From IMG/VR virus record IMGVR_UViG_3300037461_001289: 64,000 nt of DNA; one strand, given 5' to 3'. The first letter of the stretch is position 1. Every line of letters starts with the position of its first letter. This document shows positions 53,555 to 63,241 of this stretch, one piece after another. The translations under genes and the position numbers were made by a program. The DNA comes from a virus. The notes beneath the pieces are model-generated. The model was given only the letters and a program-made list of their open reading frames with translations, searched no databases and was not told the DNA's origin.

Positions 53555-53853
53555 TGCGTCCGCGTGAGTCGTCCATCGAGGCGTCGTTCGTCCATGTGCT
53601 CAAGCGGCACGGGCTGACGACGCTCAAGCTGAACGTAAGCGGGCAGCGCGGCTACCCTGACAGATTAGTCTTGCTCAGCGGCGGGCGTGCGGTGTTCGTC
53701 GAGCTGAAACGACCGGGCGGCAAGCTCCGCCCGCTACAGGAGCATGTCCATGGCCAACTCAAAGCGCTCGGGTTCCAGGTCGCGACCTTCGCCGACGCGG
53801 TCGAGGCCGTCGCCTGGGTTCGAAACCAACAAGATCGAAAGGTGACGCTGTGA
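53554..53853 (+). CDS. VRR-NUC domain nuclease
   Basis: ESSIE, GYPDRL, FVELKRPGG, LRPLQ. Confidence 0.9.
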   Translation: MRPRESSIEASFVHVLKRHGLTTLKLNVSGQRGYPDRLVLLSGGRAVFVELKRPGGKLRPLQEHVHGQLKALGFQVATFADAVEAVAWVRNQQDRKVTL

Positions 53854-54203
53854 GCGATCTACTTGACAAGGTGATCGAGGCCGTCGCGACCGCGGTCGTC
53901 GTGCGCGTCATCGGTCCCGATCCTGTGCCGACGGCGCCGCCAGCGTCGACCGTGGTCGAGGTCGTCGAGGCGCCGCGCCCGGGGTCGATGGGCGCGATGA
54001 TCGTTGAGCAGCAACGTCGGCTCGACCGCGTCGGCGCGCTCATGCGCGAAAACAAGGTCAACGAGCCGGAGTTCGCGGACCACTGCAACCGGATCATCCG
54101 CGAGCTGTACCAGCTCATGCACCTCGGCGGCGACTACTGGGACGAGGCCAAGTGGGAGATCAAGGCGGTACGCCGCCGCGCGGCGCGCAAGGCGAAGCGA
54201 TGA
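53850..54203 (+). CDS. Hypothetical protein
   Basis: GTGA coupling. Confidence 0.55.
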   Translation: MSDLLDKVIEAVATAVVVRVIGPDPVPTAPPASTVVEVVEAPRPGSMGAMIVEQQRRLDRVGALMRENKVNEPEFADHCNRIIRELYQLMHLGGDYWDEAKWEIKAVRRRAARKAKR

Positions 54204-54379
54204 CGTGCTTGTCGACATCGGAGTACGCACTGCTTACGCGACTCTTGAGTAAGCTTGCGCAAGCGCGGTTGTCGACATACGCGGTCGAGGACCCACTTGT
54301 TGTCGTGGCCATCACGGACTCATTTCGCGACGCGCTTGTCAGCATCATCGCGCGGCTGCTCAGGGAGGCACATTCGTGA
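54200..54379 (+). CDS. Small hypothetical protein
   Basis: ATGA/GTGA coupling. Confidence 0.45.
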   Translation: MTCLSTSEYALLTRLLSKLAQARLSTYAVEDPLVVVAITDSFRDALVSIIARLLREAHS

Positions 54380-54960
54380 TCGTTGACGCCCGGCAGGCGT
54401 GGCTTCGCGGCCTCGTTGCACAGCGGCTCGCGCATGAGGCGACGCGTGGCGCGGATGCGTTGGTCGCGCAGGCGTACGCGACAGCCATCGACCGCAATGG
54501 CAAGCTGCGCGTGCGGTTTCGGCGCGCGGTGCGGACGTGGCCGCACCACCCGGCGTGGTGGAAGCGCGCACATCACGATCCGATCACACTCGAGTGTTGG
54601 GGCGAGCAGCTGGCAACGCGGTCGAGAGAGCCGAGCTGCTATTGTTTTGGGCCGAAGTTGGTCATCGGCAAGCTTGACCGCGCGGAGCCAAAGGACGTGC
54701 GGTGGGTGGAGATGTATATGCACGATCATCGCGGCGACCTCCCATGCTGCATGTGTCCGAGCGACATCATCACGCGCTGCCTGACGCATTGGCATCTGTA
54801 CCACGCCGGCGCGGCCAACTGCTTTCGCTGCGTCGGCCACGCGGCGTCCGTCGGCCCGGGGCGGTGGTCGGTGTGCGGCCCGCTGTGGGAAGGGCGCAGA
54901 ACGCCGGGCTGGGCGTGGCCGACGCTTCCGCCACCGTCGCCATTGTTTGTGATCGGATGA
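54376..54960 (+). CDS. Cys/His/Trp-rich hypothetical protein
   Basis: Many Cys/His (CCMC, CFRC); coupled start. Confidence 0.5.
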   Translation: MIVDARQAWLRGLVAQRLAHEATRGADALVAQAYATAIDRNGKLRVRFRRAVRTWPHHPAWWKRAHHDPITLECWGEQLATRSREPSCYCFGPKLVIGKLDRAEPKDVRWVEMYMHDHRGDLPCCMCPSDIITRCLTHWHLYHAGAANCFRCVGHAASVGPGRWSVCGPLWEGRRTPGWAWPTLPPPSPLFVIG

Positions 54961-54969
54961 GGTGTTGAC

Positions 54970-55191
54970 ATGAAACGACACGTATGCTCGGAGTGTGGTT
55001 TCGACACCGACTGCCTTGCGGACGGCGCGCTGCGTGACTCCGCGGAAGCGTTTCTCGCGGCTGTACAACACGAGGCGGAGGGTGAGGTGCACCGGTTCCA
55101 CAGCAGTGGTCACACGCCGGAGTACTTCGCCGCACTCGGCGAGCTACGTGCGGCCGTAGTACGAGTCGAGGAGGAAGAACGATGCGGGTGA
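54970..55191 (+). CDS. Small zinc-ribbon protein
   Basis: CSECG; SD GAGGT. Confidence 0.5.
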   Translation: MKRHVCSECGFDTDCLADGALRDSAEAFLAAVQHEAEGEVHRFHSSGHTPEYFAALGELRAAVVRVEEEERCG

Positions 55192-55895
55192 TCGAGCCGT
55201 ACGTCGTCATCGAGACCGACCTCAGCGCGGCTGCGGTCATGCTCGCGACCGTCGAGCGTGCGGGGCGGACGTGCTACCAGAGCAGCTGGAAGAGCGGGCC
55301 CGGGTCCGCGCCGGGCTTCGCGGCGATGATCATCAAGCGCGGGCACGAGTCGGTGCTCGAGCACGTCAGCGTGACCGCGCGCTTCGTCGTCGACCGCGGC
55401 GTGAGCCATGAGTTGGTGCGGCACCGGTTGTGTGCGTTCAGTCAGGAGTCAACGCGCTTCTGCAACTACGCTGGCGACCGCTTCGGCGGCGAGGTCACGT
55501 TCATCCGCCCGCCGTGGGTCGATCTCGGACACTTGGCTGATCCGATGTCGTTGACCTGGGCTGCCGCGATGCGCGACGCGGAGGTCACGTATCTGCAGCT
55601 TCTCGAGCTTGGTTGGAAGCCGGAGCAGGCGCGGTCGGTGTTGCCAAACAGTCTCAAGACCGACATCGTCGTGACCGCGAACCTACGCGAGTGGCGGCAC
55701 ATCTTCCGGCTGCGGACCGCGGCGCCTGCGCACCCGCAGATGCGCCAGGTGATGGTGCCACTGCGCGAGCGGCTCGGCGTCGCGTTCGCGCCGGTGTTCA
55801 GTGATCTGCCGCCATCGGCCGCTGTGTCGTCGCGTGCGGAGGTGTGCGTCTGTGTACACGACGAGGTTCGGCTGGAGAAGGTCGGCGCGCCGTGA
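55182..55895 (+). CDS. thyX: FAD-dependent thymidylate synthase
   Basis: GHESVLEH, SHELVRHRLCAFSQESTRF (RHRx7S), ARSVLP, NLREWRH, AHPQMR. Confidence 0.95.
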   Translation: MRVIEPYVVIETDLSAAAVMLATVERAGRTCYQSSWKSGPGSAPGFAAMIIKRGHESVLEHVSVTARFVVDRGVSHELVRHRLCAFSQESTRFCNYAGDRFGGEVTFIRPPWVDLGHLADPMSLTWAAAMRDAEVTYLQLLELGWKPEQARSVLPNSLKTDIVVTANLREWRHIFRLRTAAPAHPQMRQVMVPLRERLGVAFAPVFSDLPPSAAVSSRAEVCVCVHDEVRLEKVGAP

Positions 55896-56128
55896 GGCAC
55901 GCGGCCAACACCCACGCCGTCGACCTCAACACTGGCGGGATCTGGTGCAAGATGCGCTACGTCGACGTGGTCGCGACGTCGTCGCGCTATCTGACGTGCA
56001 TACACTGTTGGAAGCGACTGCGGAACGCTGGGGTCGGCATCGATAACGAGTCTGTGCGGCGCGCGTGGCCGAAGGTCTACTTAGTCACGGGGCTACGGAT
56101 GGTGCGCAGATGGGGGGTCGTGCTATGA
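55892..56128 (+). CDS. Small hypothetical protein
   Basis: GTGA/ATGA coupling. Confidence 0.45.
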   Translation: MRHAANTHAVDLNTGGIWCKMRYVDVVATSSRYLTCIHCWKRLRNAGVGIDNESVRRAWPKVYLVTGLRMVRRWGVVL

Positions 56129-56367
56129 GCTGGCGTAAAGATCGTTTTTCTTTGGGGTCGCTTGGCACGCTGTGTGTGATTAGAAGCGGGCCAGGTCGTG
56201 ATGGGAACCTGTGGTGGACCTGGCAGTGGTGTTCTTCTTTTGAGGATGATCTGATGATGAGTGAGGAGTCGTATTCGACGCGGGTGAAGGCGCGCCGCGC
56301 GGCGGAGTCGGCCGTCGACGGACTACTTAAAGAGGCGCGACGCCGGCTGCGGATGGTGCGCGGATGA
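56125..56367 (+). CDS. Small hypothetical protein
   Basis: ATGA coupling both ends; lower GC. Confidence 0.5.
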   Translation: MSWRKDRFSLGSLGTLCVIRSGPGRDGNLWWTWQWCSSFEDDLMMSEESYSTRVKARRAAESAVDGLLKEARRRLRMVRG

Positions 56368-57752
56368 GGTTCACCCCGCACGAGTACCAGCAGCGCGGTG
56401 CGTCGTTTCTCGTTAGCCGCCCCGAGGCCGCGTTGCTGTACGAGCCCGGGCTCGGCAAGACGGCGGTCGTGTTGACGGCGTTCAACGCGTTACGCAGGGT
56501 CGGCGCCGTCCGCAAGGCGCTTGTCGTCGCGCCGTTACGCGTCGCGTACCTCGTGTGGTCGCAGGCCGGCGAGCTTGGCAAGTGGGATGACTTCCGCGGT
56601 CTACGGGTGTCGTTGCTGCACGGACCGAAGAAGGCCGAGGCGTTGGCCCAAGACGCCGACGTCTACGTGATCAACTATGACGGTCTCGCGTGGTTGACGG
56701 AGCCCGGTCGCCTCGCGGACCTCGTCAAGCGCGGCGTCGACCTCCTCGTGCTCGACGAGCTCTCGCGGCTGAAGCATCCCAAGACGCAACGCTTTCGCGC
56801 GTTGAAGCCATGGCTCGGGCGGTTCAAGCGGCGCTGGGGCCTTACCGGCACGCCTGTGTCAAACGGTTTGTTGGACCTCTTCGGTGAGATGTATTGTCTC
56901 GACCTCGGCGCGTCGCTCGGACGGTTCATCACGCACTACCGGCAGAAGTATTTCATCCCGACGGGGTTTGGAAACTACACGTGGGTCCCGCAGCACGACG
57001 CGGAGCCACGGATCTTCGCCGCCATCGCGCCGTTGGCGCAGTCGCTCAAGGCGACGGACGCGCTCGACCTCCCCGAGCTCGTCGAGCGCGATGTCTTCGT
57101 CGAGCTGCCGACCGAGGCGCGGCGCGTCTACGCTGAGCTCGAGCGTGAGCTGATCACGATCATCAGTGACACGACCGTGACCGCGGCCAACGCGGCCGTC
57201 GCGCTCGGCAAGTGCCTTCAGATCTGTGGCGGCGCGTTGTATCACGGCGACGAGTACGAGTGGTTGCCGGTGCACGAGGCGAAGCTCGACGCGGTCCGCG
57301 AGTTGGTCGACGAGCTCCAGGGTCAACCGTTGATCATCGCGTACGCGTATCAGCACGAGCTCGCGCGGTTGCGTGCGGTGTTTGGCGACGCGACGCCGGT
57401 GATCGGCGGCGGTGTGTCGATGCGCACGACGACGGCGACGGTCGACGCGTGGAACGCGGGCGAAGTTCCAATTCTGCTCGTCCATCCTGCGGCCTGCGGG
57501 CACGGGCTTAATCTCCAACGCGGCGGAAGTCATCTGTGTTGGTTCACGCTGTCATACGATCTCGAGCTCTACGATCAGCTGATCCGCCGTTTGTGGCGTC
57601 AGGGCAGCGGCGCGGCGCGCGTCATCGTCCATCGCCTTCTCGCGCGGGCGACGGTCGACCTCGCCGTGCGCGACGCGCTCGCGACGAAGCGCGGCGGGCA
57701 GGCCGCGTTGTTCGCGGCGCTCCGTCGTCACGGCGGCCTAAAAGCGGCGTAG
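56364..57752 (+). CDS. SNF2-family helicase
   Basis: EPGLGKT, VVAPL, LVLDELS, LTGTP, GHGLNLQ, QLIRRLWRQG. Confidence 0.93.
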   Translation: MRFTPHEYQQRGASFLVSRPEAALLYEPGLGKTAVVLTAFNALRRVGAVRKALVVAPLRVAYLVWSQAGELGKWDDFRGLRVSLLHGPKKAEALAQDADVYVINYDGLAWLTEPGRLADLVKRGVDLLVLDELSRLKHPKTQRFRALKPWLGRFKRRWGLTGTPVSNGLLDLFGEMYCLDLGASLGRFITHYRQKYFIPTGFGNYTWVPQHDAEPRIFAAIAPLAQSLKATDALDLPELVERDVFVELPTEARRVYAELERELITIISDTTVTAANAAVALGKCLQICGGALYHGDEYEWLPVHEAKLDAVRELVDELQGQPLIIAYAYQHELARLRAVFGDATPVIGGGVSMRTTTATVDAWNAGEVPILLVHPAACGHGLNLQRGGSHLCWFTLSYDLELYDQLIRRLWRQGSGAARVIVHRLLARATVDLAVRDALATKRGGQAALFAALRRHGGLKAA

Positions 57753-57783
57753 TTTCAGCGCCTTGCCGGGCCCTGAAAAAAGT

Positions 57784-57835
57784 CGCTTCAAACGTGCATT
57801 TTTGTGTGTACAAACGCCGCCGGCGGCATTATGAT
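57784..57835 (+). promoter_or_regulatory. Sigma70-like early promoter with CGCTTCAA box
   Basis: CGCTTCAA...ATTTTTG-TGTACA (57807)-17-TATGAT (57830). Confidence 0.7.
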
Positions 57836-57895
57836 GTTCTTGTAACGTTGAAGATCGACAGACGACGGACGCAGGACGACGAACGGAGGCCGACG

Positions 57896-58117
57896 ATGAC
57901 CAAGACCACGAAGACCGCTGAGACCAAGGCGACGTTCACGAAGTACGGCCGGGTGGGGACGGCGAGCGAGCTGTACAAGCGGGTCATCGCTGCGCTGCGA
58001 CTGACCAACGCCGAGGCGTGGAGCGCGGTGGCCTCGGCGCTCGGCATCGACGCCGCCGGCGGCGCCAACTACCCCGCGTGGTACCGCTGCCAGCTCAAGC
58101 GCGCGGGGGTGCGCTAG
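57896..58117 (+). CDS. Early protein, repeat-domain paralog 1
   Basis: YGRVGTASELYKR...YPAWYRCQLKRAG. Confidence 0.7.
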   Translation: MTKTTKTAETKATFTKYGRVGTASELYKRVIAALRLTNAEAWSAVASALGIDAAGGANYPAWYRCQLKRAGVR

Positions 58118-58368
58118 TGCAGCCGACCAAGGACGACGTCCGCGCGGCGATTGACCTCGCGCTGGAGGACGAGGTTAAGACGTCACCGACGGCCGTATGT
58201 GGGGTGCTTGCACTGCTCGGGTTCCAGGCGATGACCGGTGGTATGAGCGAGCGCCCGCGGCGTGAGGTGTTCGAGCTGGTGTGTAACGTGGCCGCGACGC
58301 ACTACGTCTACCGGATCCACGGGAACACGCGCTCCATCGAGTCGCGCGACCTTGAGGAGGTGCTGTGA
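58117..58368 (+). CDS. Hypothetical protein
   Basis: Coupled at both ends. Confidence 0.5.
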   Translation: MQPTKDDVRAAIDLALEDEVKTSPTAVCGVLALLGFQAMTGGMSERPRREVFELVCNVAATHYVYRIHGNTRSIESRDLEEVL

Positions 58369-59372
58369 TGGCAACCAAGCGAACGACGGCACAGAAGGTC
58401 ACGGGCATCACGGAGCGCATCGGTGGTGAGGTGTACGAGGGCTACAGCGGCCGGTGCATGTACGGCGCGCGGTGCTGGGGCATCACGTGCAAGGGCAGTG
58501 AGGTCAACGACATCATCGCCGCAGGCAAGCGTGCTAACCTCGGCCGTGTGTCGACCGACAACATGGGCCTCGACATGATCGTCTACTGGCCGGACGCTGA
58601 GTACAAGCCCGAGCCCGAGCCGGTCGTGCTGAGCGACGACGAGAAGGCGCAGCGCCTCGCGCGCATCAAGCTCGTCCACAACGCCCGGGAGCGGCTGCGC
58701 AAGGCCAAGCTGGCGCGCAAGACGCTCGGCGACGTCGCCGCGCAGATGCAGCGCATCGCCGTCGCGCAGGCGGCGCTCGACGCGCTCCTAGCGTCGCCGG
58801 AGACCGTCCCGGCCGCGCCGGAGACCGTCTCCGCGCCCGTGGTCGACGCGTCTATCGTCCCGGCGGTCGCGGCGCCTGTGGACGAGCCTACGACGTCGGA
58901 CGCGGCTGTCGCGGCCGCGTCCGCGGTACTGGAGAGCGGGGGGAGCCTCGAGGCGCAGCAGGAGGCCGCCTGTGCAGCAGCGGCCGAGGTGCTCGAGGGC
59001 GCGTGGGGCGCACTGACCGCGACCCCGGCCGCCCTCGCGGCCCCCGCGCCGGTGGTCGAGGCGCCACAGCCGAAGGCCAAGCGCGTGGTCAAGGCCGCGC
59101 AGCCGAAGCTCCCCACGTCGTCCTACGGCCGCGTCGGCACCGCCGCTGAGCTCTACCGCCGCAGTATCATGGAGGGGTACAGCGATGAGGGCTGCTTCAA
59201 CCGCGTCAAGCAGCAGCTCGGCGACAAGGCCGCGGGCAAGCCGACCTACGCCGCGTGGTACCGCAGCCAGCTGAAGAAGAACGGCAGCGTGCCGCCCGTC
59301 GTGGCGCCGGCGAAGCCCAAGACCACCCCCGGCGTCGCGGCTGCGTGCAACACCGGCGACAACGTGCACTGA
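58368..59372 (+). CDS. Early protein, repeat-domain paralog 2
   Basis: YGRVGTAAELYRR...YAAWYRSQLKKNG after Ala/Pro linker. Confidence 0.7.
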   Translation: MATKRTTAQKVTGITERIGGEVYEGYSGRCMYGARCWGITCKGSEVNDIIAAGKRANLGRVSTDNMGLDMIVYWPDAEYKPEPEPVVLSDDEKAQRLARIKLVHNARERLRKAKLARKTLGDVAAQMQRIAVAQAALDALLASPETVPAAPETVSAPVVDASIVPAVAAPVDEPTTSDAAVAAASAVLESGGSLEAQQEAACAAAAEVLEGAWGALTATPAALAAPAPVVEAPQPKAKRVVKAAQPKLPTSSYGRVGTAAELYRRSIMEGYSDEGCFNRVKQQLGDKAAGKPTYAAWYRSQLKKNGSVPPVVAPAKPKTTPGVAAACNTGDNVH

Positions 59373-59403
59373 CGACCAACGGACGACAGACAGGAGACGA
59401 CCC

Positions 59404-60516
59404 ATGCTGACCCATCACAGCAGCCAAGACTACGAGACCGCAGCCGCCGCCGCCGCCACCCACGCCCGCGCCAAGCTGGAGGAGATCATCGAGCACGGCC
59501 GGCAGCGCGCCGGCGCCGTCATCAACCAGGTCATGAGCCAGCAGCCGACCGACGAGCTGGTCCGCGCCCCGGCCATCACCTTCGCCCCCGACGCCGCCGC
59601 CAAGCTGGTCGCGCGCTTCGCCAACGGCGGCGACCACACCCGCGCCGTCCACCGCCACGCGCTGCAGCAGCTCGCCGGGCGGCTCAACGTGCCGTGGGGC
59701 TACCTCGAAACGCTCCTCGGGCAGGCCGAGTGGGGCAGCGAGCTCGCGGCCCACAACCTCAACGAGCTGCTGCGCAAGGCGGTGCCCGACGACACCCGCT
59801 ACCTGCTGCGCAGCGTCGGCGGCGAGGTCCGCGGCTGGCTGAGCGATCGCTACCGCCGTCTCGACAGCCGCCCCATCGTGGAGTCGTTCGCGCTCGCGTG
59901 TCAGCGCGTCGGCGCGGTGCCGTGCGAGGGCCACGCGCTCGAGACCAAGATCGCCATCAAGGCGATGCTGCCGACCGTGTACGAGCCTGTCAAGCACGAG
60001 GTCATGGCCTTCGGCGTCGTGCTCGAGAACAGCGACTTTGGCAACGGCGCGCTGACGCTGCGCTCCTTCATGCTCCGCCTGTGGTGCACCAACCTCGCCA
60101 TCTGCGACCGCAACGTGCGCGAGGTCCACCTCGGCGCGCGCCTCGCCGAGGACATCGCGTGGAGCGAGGAGACCTACCAGCTCGACACCAAGCGCATGGC
60201 CGCGATGGTCGGCGACGTCGTCCGCGGCCAGCTCGGCCCGGCGAAGGTCGACCAGCTGATGGCCGCGGTCCGCACCGCCAACGATACGCGCGTGGAACCC
60301 GAGAAGATCATCGCCAAGCTCGGCCGTACCGACCTCTCGAAGGCCGAGGCCGCGGCTGTGGTCGAGAAGTTCAACTCCCCCGACGTCGAGCTGCTGCCGC
60401 CCGGTCAGACCGCGTGGCGCCTGTCGAACGCCGTCAGCTGGCTCGCCGGGCAGACCGTCGACGAGGAGCGCCAGCTGGAGCTGCAGAAGGTCGCGGGCGC
60501 GCTCGCGGCGCACTAG
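59404..60516 (+). CDS. DUF932-like phage/plasmid protein
   Basis: VRGWLSDRYRRLD...ENSDFGNGAL...RLWCTN...HLG pattern. Confidence 0.65.
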   Translation: MLTHHSSQDYETAAAAAATHARAKLEEIIEHGRQRAGAVINQVMSQQPTDELVRAPAITFAPDAAAKLVARFANGGDHTRAVHRHALQQLAGRLNVPWGYLETLLGQAEWGSELAAHNLNELLRKAVPDDTRYLLRSVGGEVRGWLSDRYRRLDSRPIVESFALACQRVGAVPCEGHALETKIAIKAMLPTVYEPVKHEVMAFGVVLENSDFGNGALTLRSFMLRLWCTNLAICDRNVREVHLGARLAEDIAWSEETYQLDTKRMAAMVGDVVRGQLGPAKVDQLMAAVRTANDTRVEPEKIIAKLGRTDLSKAEAAAVVEKFNSPDVELLPPGQTAWRLSNAVSWLAGQTVDEERQLELQKVAGALAAH

Positions 60517-60527
60517 GCTCACAACCG

Positions 60528-60568
60528 CCACGGGCGCCGCGTCTCATGGGTCGGCGCGGCGCCCGTGG
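60528..60568 (+). terminator. 14-bp perfect GC hairpin without U-tract
   Basis: CCACGGGCGCCGCG / CGCGGCGCCCGTGG with 13-nt loop, right after the stop codon. Confidence 0.45.
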
Positions 60569-60589
60569 GCGTCTGACGGAGGTCGGGTG

Positions 60590-60769
60590 ATGGAACGTCA
60601 ACTTGGTGATGACGAGGCTGCGGTGGTCAGCATCGACCGGCAGATCCGCATCGCGGCCGAGGTGCTCGACACGCTGCTGCGCAACCTGCCGGGCGTCGAC
60701 CCGGCCGCGGCCAAGGCCTGCGCCAACAACCTCGCCGCGGGCTGGGGCGAGTATGGGGTGATGCCATGA
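60590..60769 (+). CDS. Small hypothetical protein
   Basis: SD GGAGG. Confidence 0.5.
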   Translation: MERQLGDDEAAVVSIDRQIRIAAEVLDTLLRNLPGVDPAAAKACANNLAAGWGEYGVMP

Positions 60770-61209
60770 CGACGACGCTTGCGACGTGCCGCTACTGCGG
60801 CGTGGTGTGCGCGGATGACGATACGGACACCGCGGTAGAGCTGCTCGCGGACCATCAGTTTCGTTCGCATCCAGAGTGTTTTTGCGGGTGCGGGCACGTC
60901 CGCGCGGAGCACATCGGAACGGCGCACTTCAGTGGCGCGTGCCGCCGCTGCGGGTGCACCGCGTTCATCTCACGGGCCGCGTCGGCGGCCGAGGTCCACG
61001 CGGTGCGGCACCCGCTGACGTGCGCCGAGCTCCAGGCGCGGCTCGACGACATCGGCGGCATCTTGAGCGTCGCCTGCGTCGCGCATGTGTGGAGCGTGGT
61101 CCTGACGCGCGACGAGGTCCCGGTCGCGACGGCGCGTGACGCCGACCTCGCCGGCGCGCTGCGGCGGGTGGTGACGATGTTCGACGAGGTCGCCGGTGCG
61201 CAAGGCTGA
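60766..61209 (+). CDS. Cys/His-rich hypothetical protein
   Basis: CRYC, CFCGCGH, CRRCGC. Confidence 0.5.
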   Translation: MTTTLATCRYCGVVCADDDTDTAVELLADHQFRSHPECFCGCGHVRAEHIGTAHFSGACRRCGCTAFISRAASAAEVHAVRHPLTCAELQARLDDIGGILSVACVAHVWSVVLTRDEVPVATARDADLAGALRRVVTMFDEVAGAQG

Positions 61210-61495
61210 GGCACAGGCGCTGCGCGACGAGGCCGAGGCGCGGGCAGCGGCCGCGCCGCAGCCGCGGTGCAGTGTGGTCGGCTGTGATGCGCCGGCGCAC
61301 CTGCCGTGTCACAGCTGTCACGTCGATCTGTGCGCCGGGCACGGGCGAACGCGGTTGCTGATCACGCACTGCGACGCGTGCGCGGCCCGCGACCACGGCT
61401 ACATCTTTTTCTCGCATACGGAGCTCGTTCGTGATAAGGTAGCGTCACCGTCGTCGCCGGCAGCGACGACCAGCGCAGACGATCAGGAGGACGAC

Positions 61496-61729
61496 ATGGC
61501 GACCAAGGCGAAGGGCGGCAAGGCGGAGACCTCGAAGTGGGGTCGTAAGGGCACGGCGTCGGAGGCGTACAAGCGCTGCATCATGGATCACAAGTACTCC
61601 AACGCTGAGTGCTACGAGAAGGTCAAGGCGATGCTCGGCCCGAAGAAGGCCGGCAAGCCCACCTACGCGGGCTGGTACCGGGCGAAGCTGAAGGCGGACG
61701 GCGTCAAGAACGTCCCGGCGAGCAAGTAG
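61496..61729 (+). CDS. Early protein, repeat-domain paralog 3
   Basis: SD CAGGAGG; WGRKGTASEAYKR...YAGWYRAKLKADG. Confidence 0.75.
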   Translation: MATKAKGGKAETSKWGRKGTASEAYKRCIMDHKYSNAECYEKVKAMLGPKKAGKPTYAGWYRAKLKADGVKNVPASK

Positions 61730-61736
61730 GCGCACG

Positions 61737-62516
61737 ATGTCGACCGGCGCCGATTGTGTGTTCTACGAGAAGCCGCGCGGGCAGTGGTGGTACAAGCTGC
61801 AGCGTTGGCCGTACGGCGAGAGCCCCGGGTATGACAAGAGCGGGCCGTTCGCCACGTACCGCGAGGCGGAGAAGCACCTCAGCGACAACGAGGCCAACCC
61901 GGGCGGGTGGAGCGTGCAGGCGTTGCCGGGGTGCAAGCACGACCTCGCGCGGTCGGAGAAGCTGGCTTATGCTGATGAGATCGCGTGGTCGTGCGACCGT
62001 TGTGGGGCGTCGGGCCCCGAGGTCGAGGCCGCGGCCAAGGCGCGGCAGGCGGCGCGGGCGCAGAAGCATGCCATCGGACCGGCGCCGGGGAGCCACGCGG
62101 CGCTGCTCCCCGGCGTCCTCGCCGACTACGAGCAACGGGCGCGTGCGGCGCGGCGCGGGGCGTCGCTCCAGCTGTCGCCGGCCGAGGTCGCTGAGCGCAA
62201 GCGACATCGGCGTGCAAGCAAGGCGCAGGCGCGGCGCAACGAGCGGATCCGCGTCGAGATCACCAACAAGGCGAAGGCCAAGCTGCCGCCGGTGCCGGTG
62301 ACGACGTTCACGCCGGCCAAGACGACGTGGGGCAAGCCGGGGTCGCAGGCCGAGGCGTACAAGCGCATCATCATGAGCGGCGTCGACGACGACCTCGAGG
62401 TCCACGAGCTCGTTGTCAAGGAGCTCGGGAAGGGCAAGGCGGGCCCGGTGGCGTACGCGCACTGGTACCGCAACTGGCTGTTGAAGCACGGGCACAAACC
62501 GCCGCGCGACAAATAA
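61737..62516 (+). CDS. Early protein, repeat-domain paralog 4
   Basis: WGKPGSQAEAYKR...YAHWYRNWLLKHG. Confidence 0.7.
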   Translation: MSTGADCVFYEKPRGQWWYKLQRWPYGESPGYDKSGPFATYREAEKHLSDNEANPGGWSVQALPGCKHDLARSEKLAYADEIAWSCDRCGASGPEVEAAAKARQAARAQKHAIGPAPGSHAALLPGVLADYEQRARAARRGASLQLSPAEVAERKRHRRASKAQARRNERIRVEITNKAKAKLPPVPVTTFTPAKTTWGKPGSQAEAYKRIIMSGVDDDLEVHELVVKELGKGKAGPVAYAHWYRNWLLKHGHKPPRDK

Positions 62517-62527
62517 GGAGGTTGACC

Positions 62528-63100
62528 ATGGGTTCAGCGACGAGACGTGAGGCGCGCGAGCGCGGCGACGCCAAGTGGTATCGAGCGGCGCGGGCGGCGG
62601 GGCACATAGTTCGCGAGACTCCGAGCGGGCAATACTGGGTTGAGCCGCAGCGGGGCGTCTTGATGGACTGGTCGACCGCGACGATGACCGCGGTCGCGCG
62701 TCATCAAGTTGGCATGCTGGCGCTGCAGTATGGGCTTACACCGGCGCAGATCGCTGAGCTGACCCGTGATTTTGTCGTGCGCACGACCAAGACTGGCTGG
62801 GGCGCCGGTGAAGCGCGGCGTCGGATGATCGCCGACGCTAAGCACTGGACTGCGCACCAGAAGGCGGCTGCGAAGCACACGCAGGCGCGCCTACCGTCCA
62901 TCAGCGCGGGCGCCTACGGCAGCCGTCCCGGGACGCAGGCGGCGGCGTACAAGACGGCCATCATGCGCGCGCCCAAGCTCAGCGACGAGGCGCTGCACAA
63001 GGCGGTCGGCGTCGCGCTTGGCGGGGCGAAGAAGGCGGGACCGCTGAGCTATGTCGGCTGGTACCGCAACTGGCTGACGAAGCGTGGTTACTTGAAGTAG
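62528..63100 (+). CDS. Early protein, repeat-domain paralog 5
   Basis: SD AAGGAGG; YGSRPGTQAAAYKT...YVGWYRNWLTKRG. Confidence 0.7.
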   Translation: MGSATRREARERGDAKWYRAARAAGHIVRETPSGQYWVEPQRGVLMDWSTATMTAVARHQVGMLALQYGLTPAQIAELTRDFVVRTTKTGWGAGEARRRMIADAKHWTAHQKAAAKHTQARLPSISAGAYGSRPGTQAAAYKTAIMRAPKLSDEALHKAVGVALGGAKKAGPLSYVGWYRNWLTKRGYLK

Positions 63101-63101
63101 G

Positions 63102-63172
63102 CGCGCTTCGTTTTGTGAAACGCTTCAAGCGCGTATTTTTTTGTTTACAAGCGCGGCGCGCCGGCGTACAAC
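63102..63172 (+). promoter_or_regulatory. Terminator/promoter cassette (near-copy of 3212-3246)
   Basis: CGCGCTT..AAGCGCG hairpin + T7; TTTACA (63144)-17-TACAAC (63167). Confidence 0.7.
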
Positions 63173-63241
63173 GGCGATACCCGGCGCGGTGACCGCGGTC
63201 GGCTGACGTCGATTGACGTTTGACAAACAGGGAGGTAGTCG

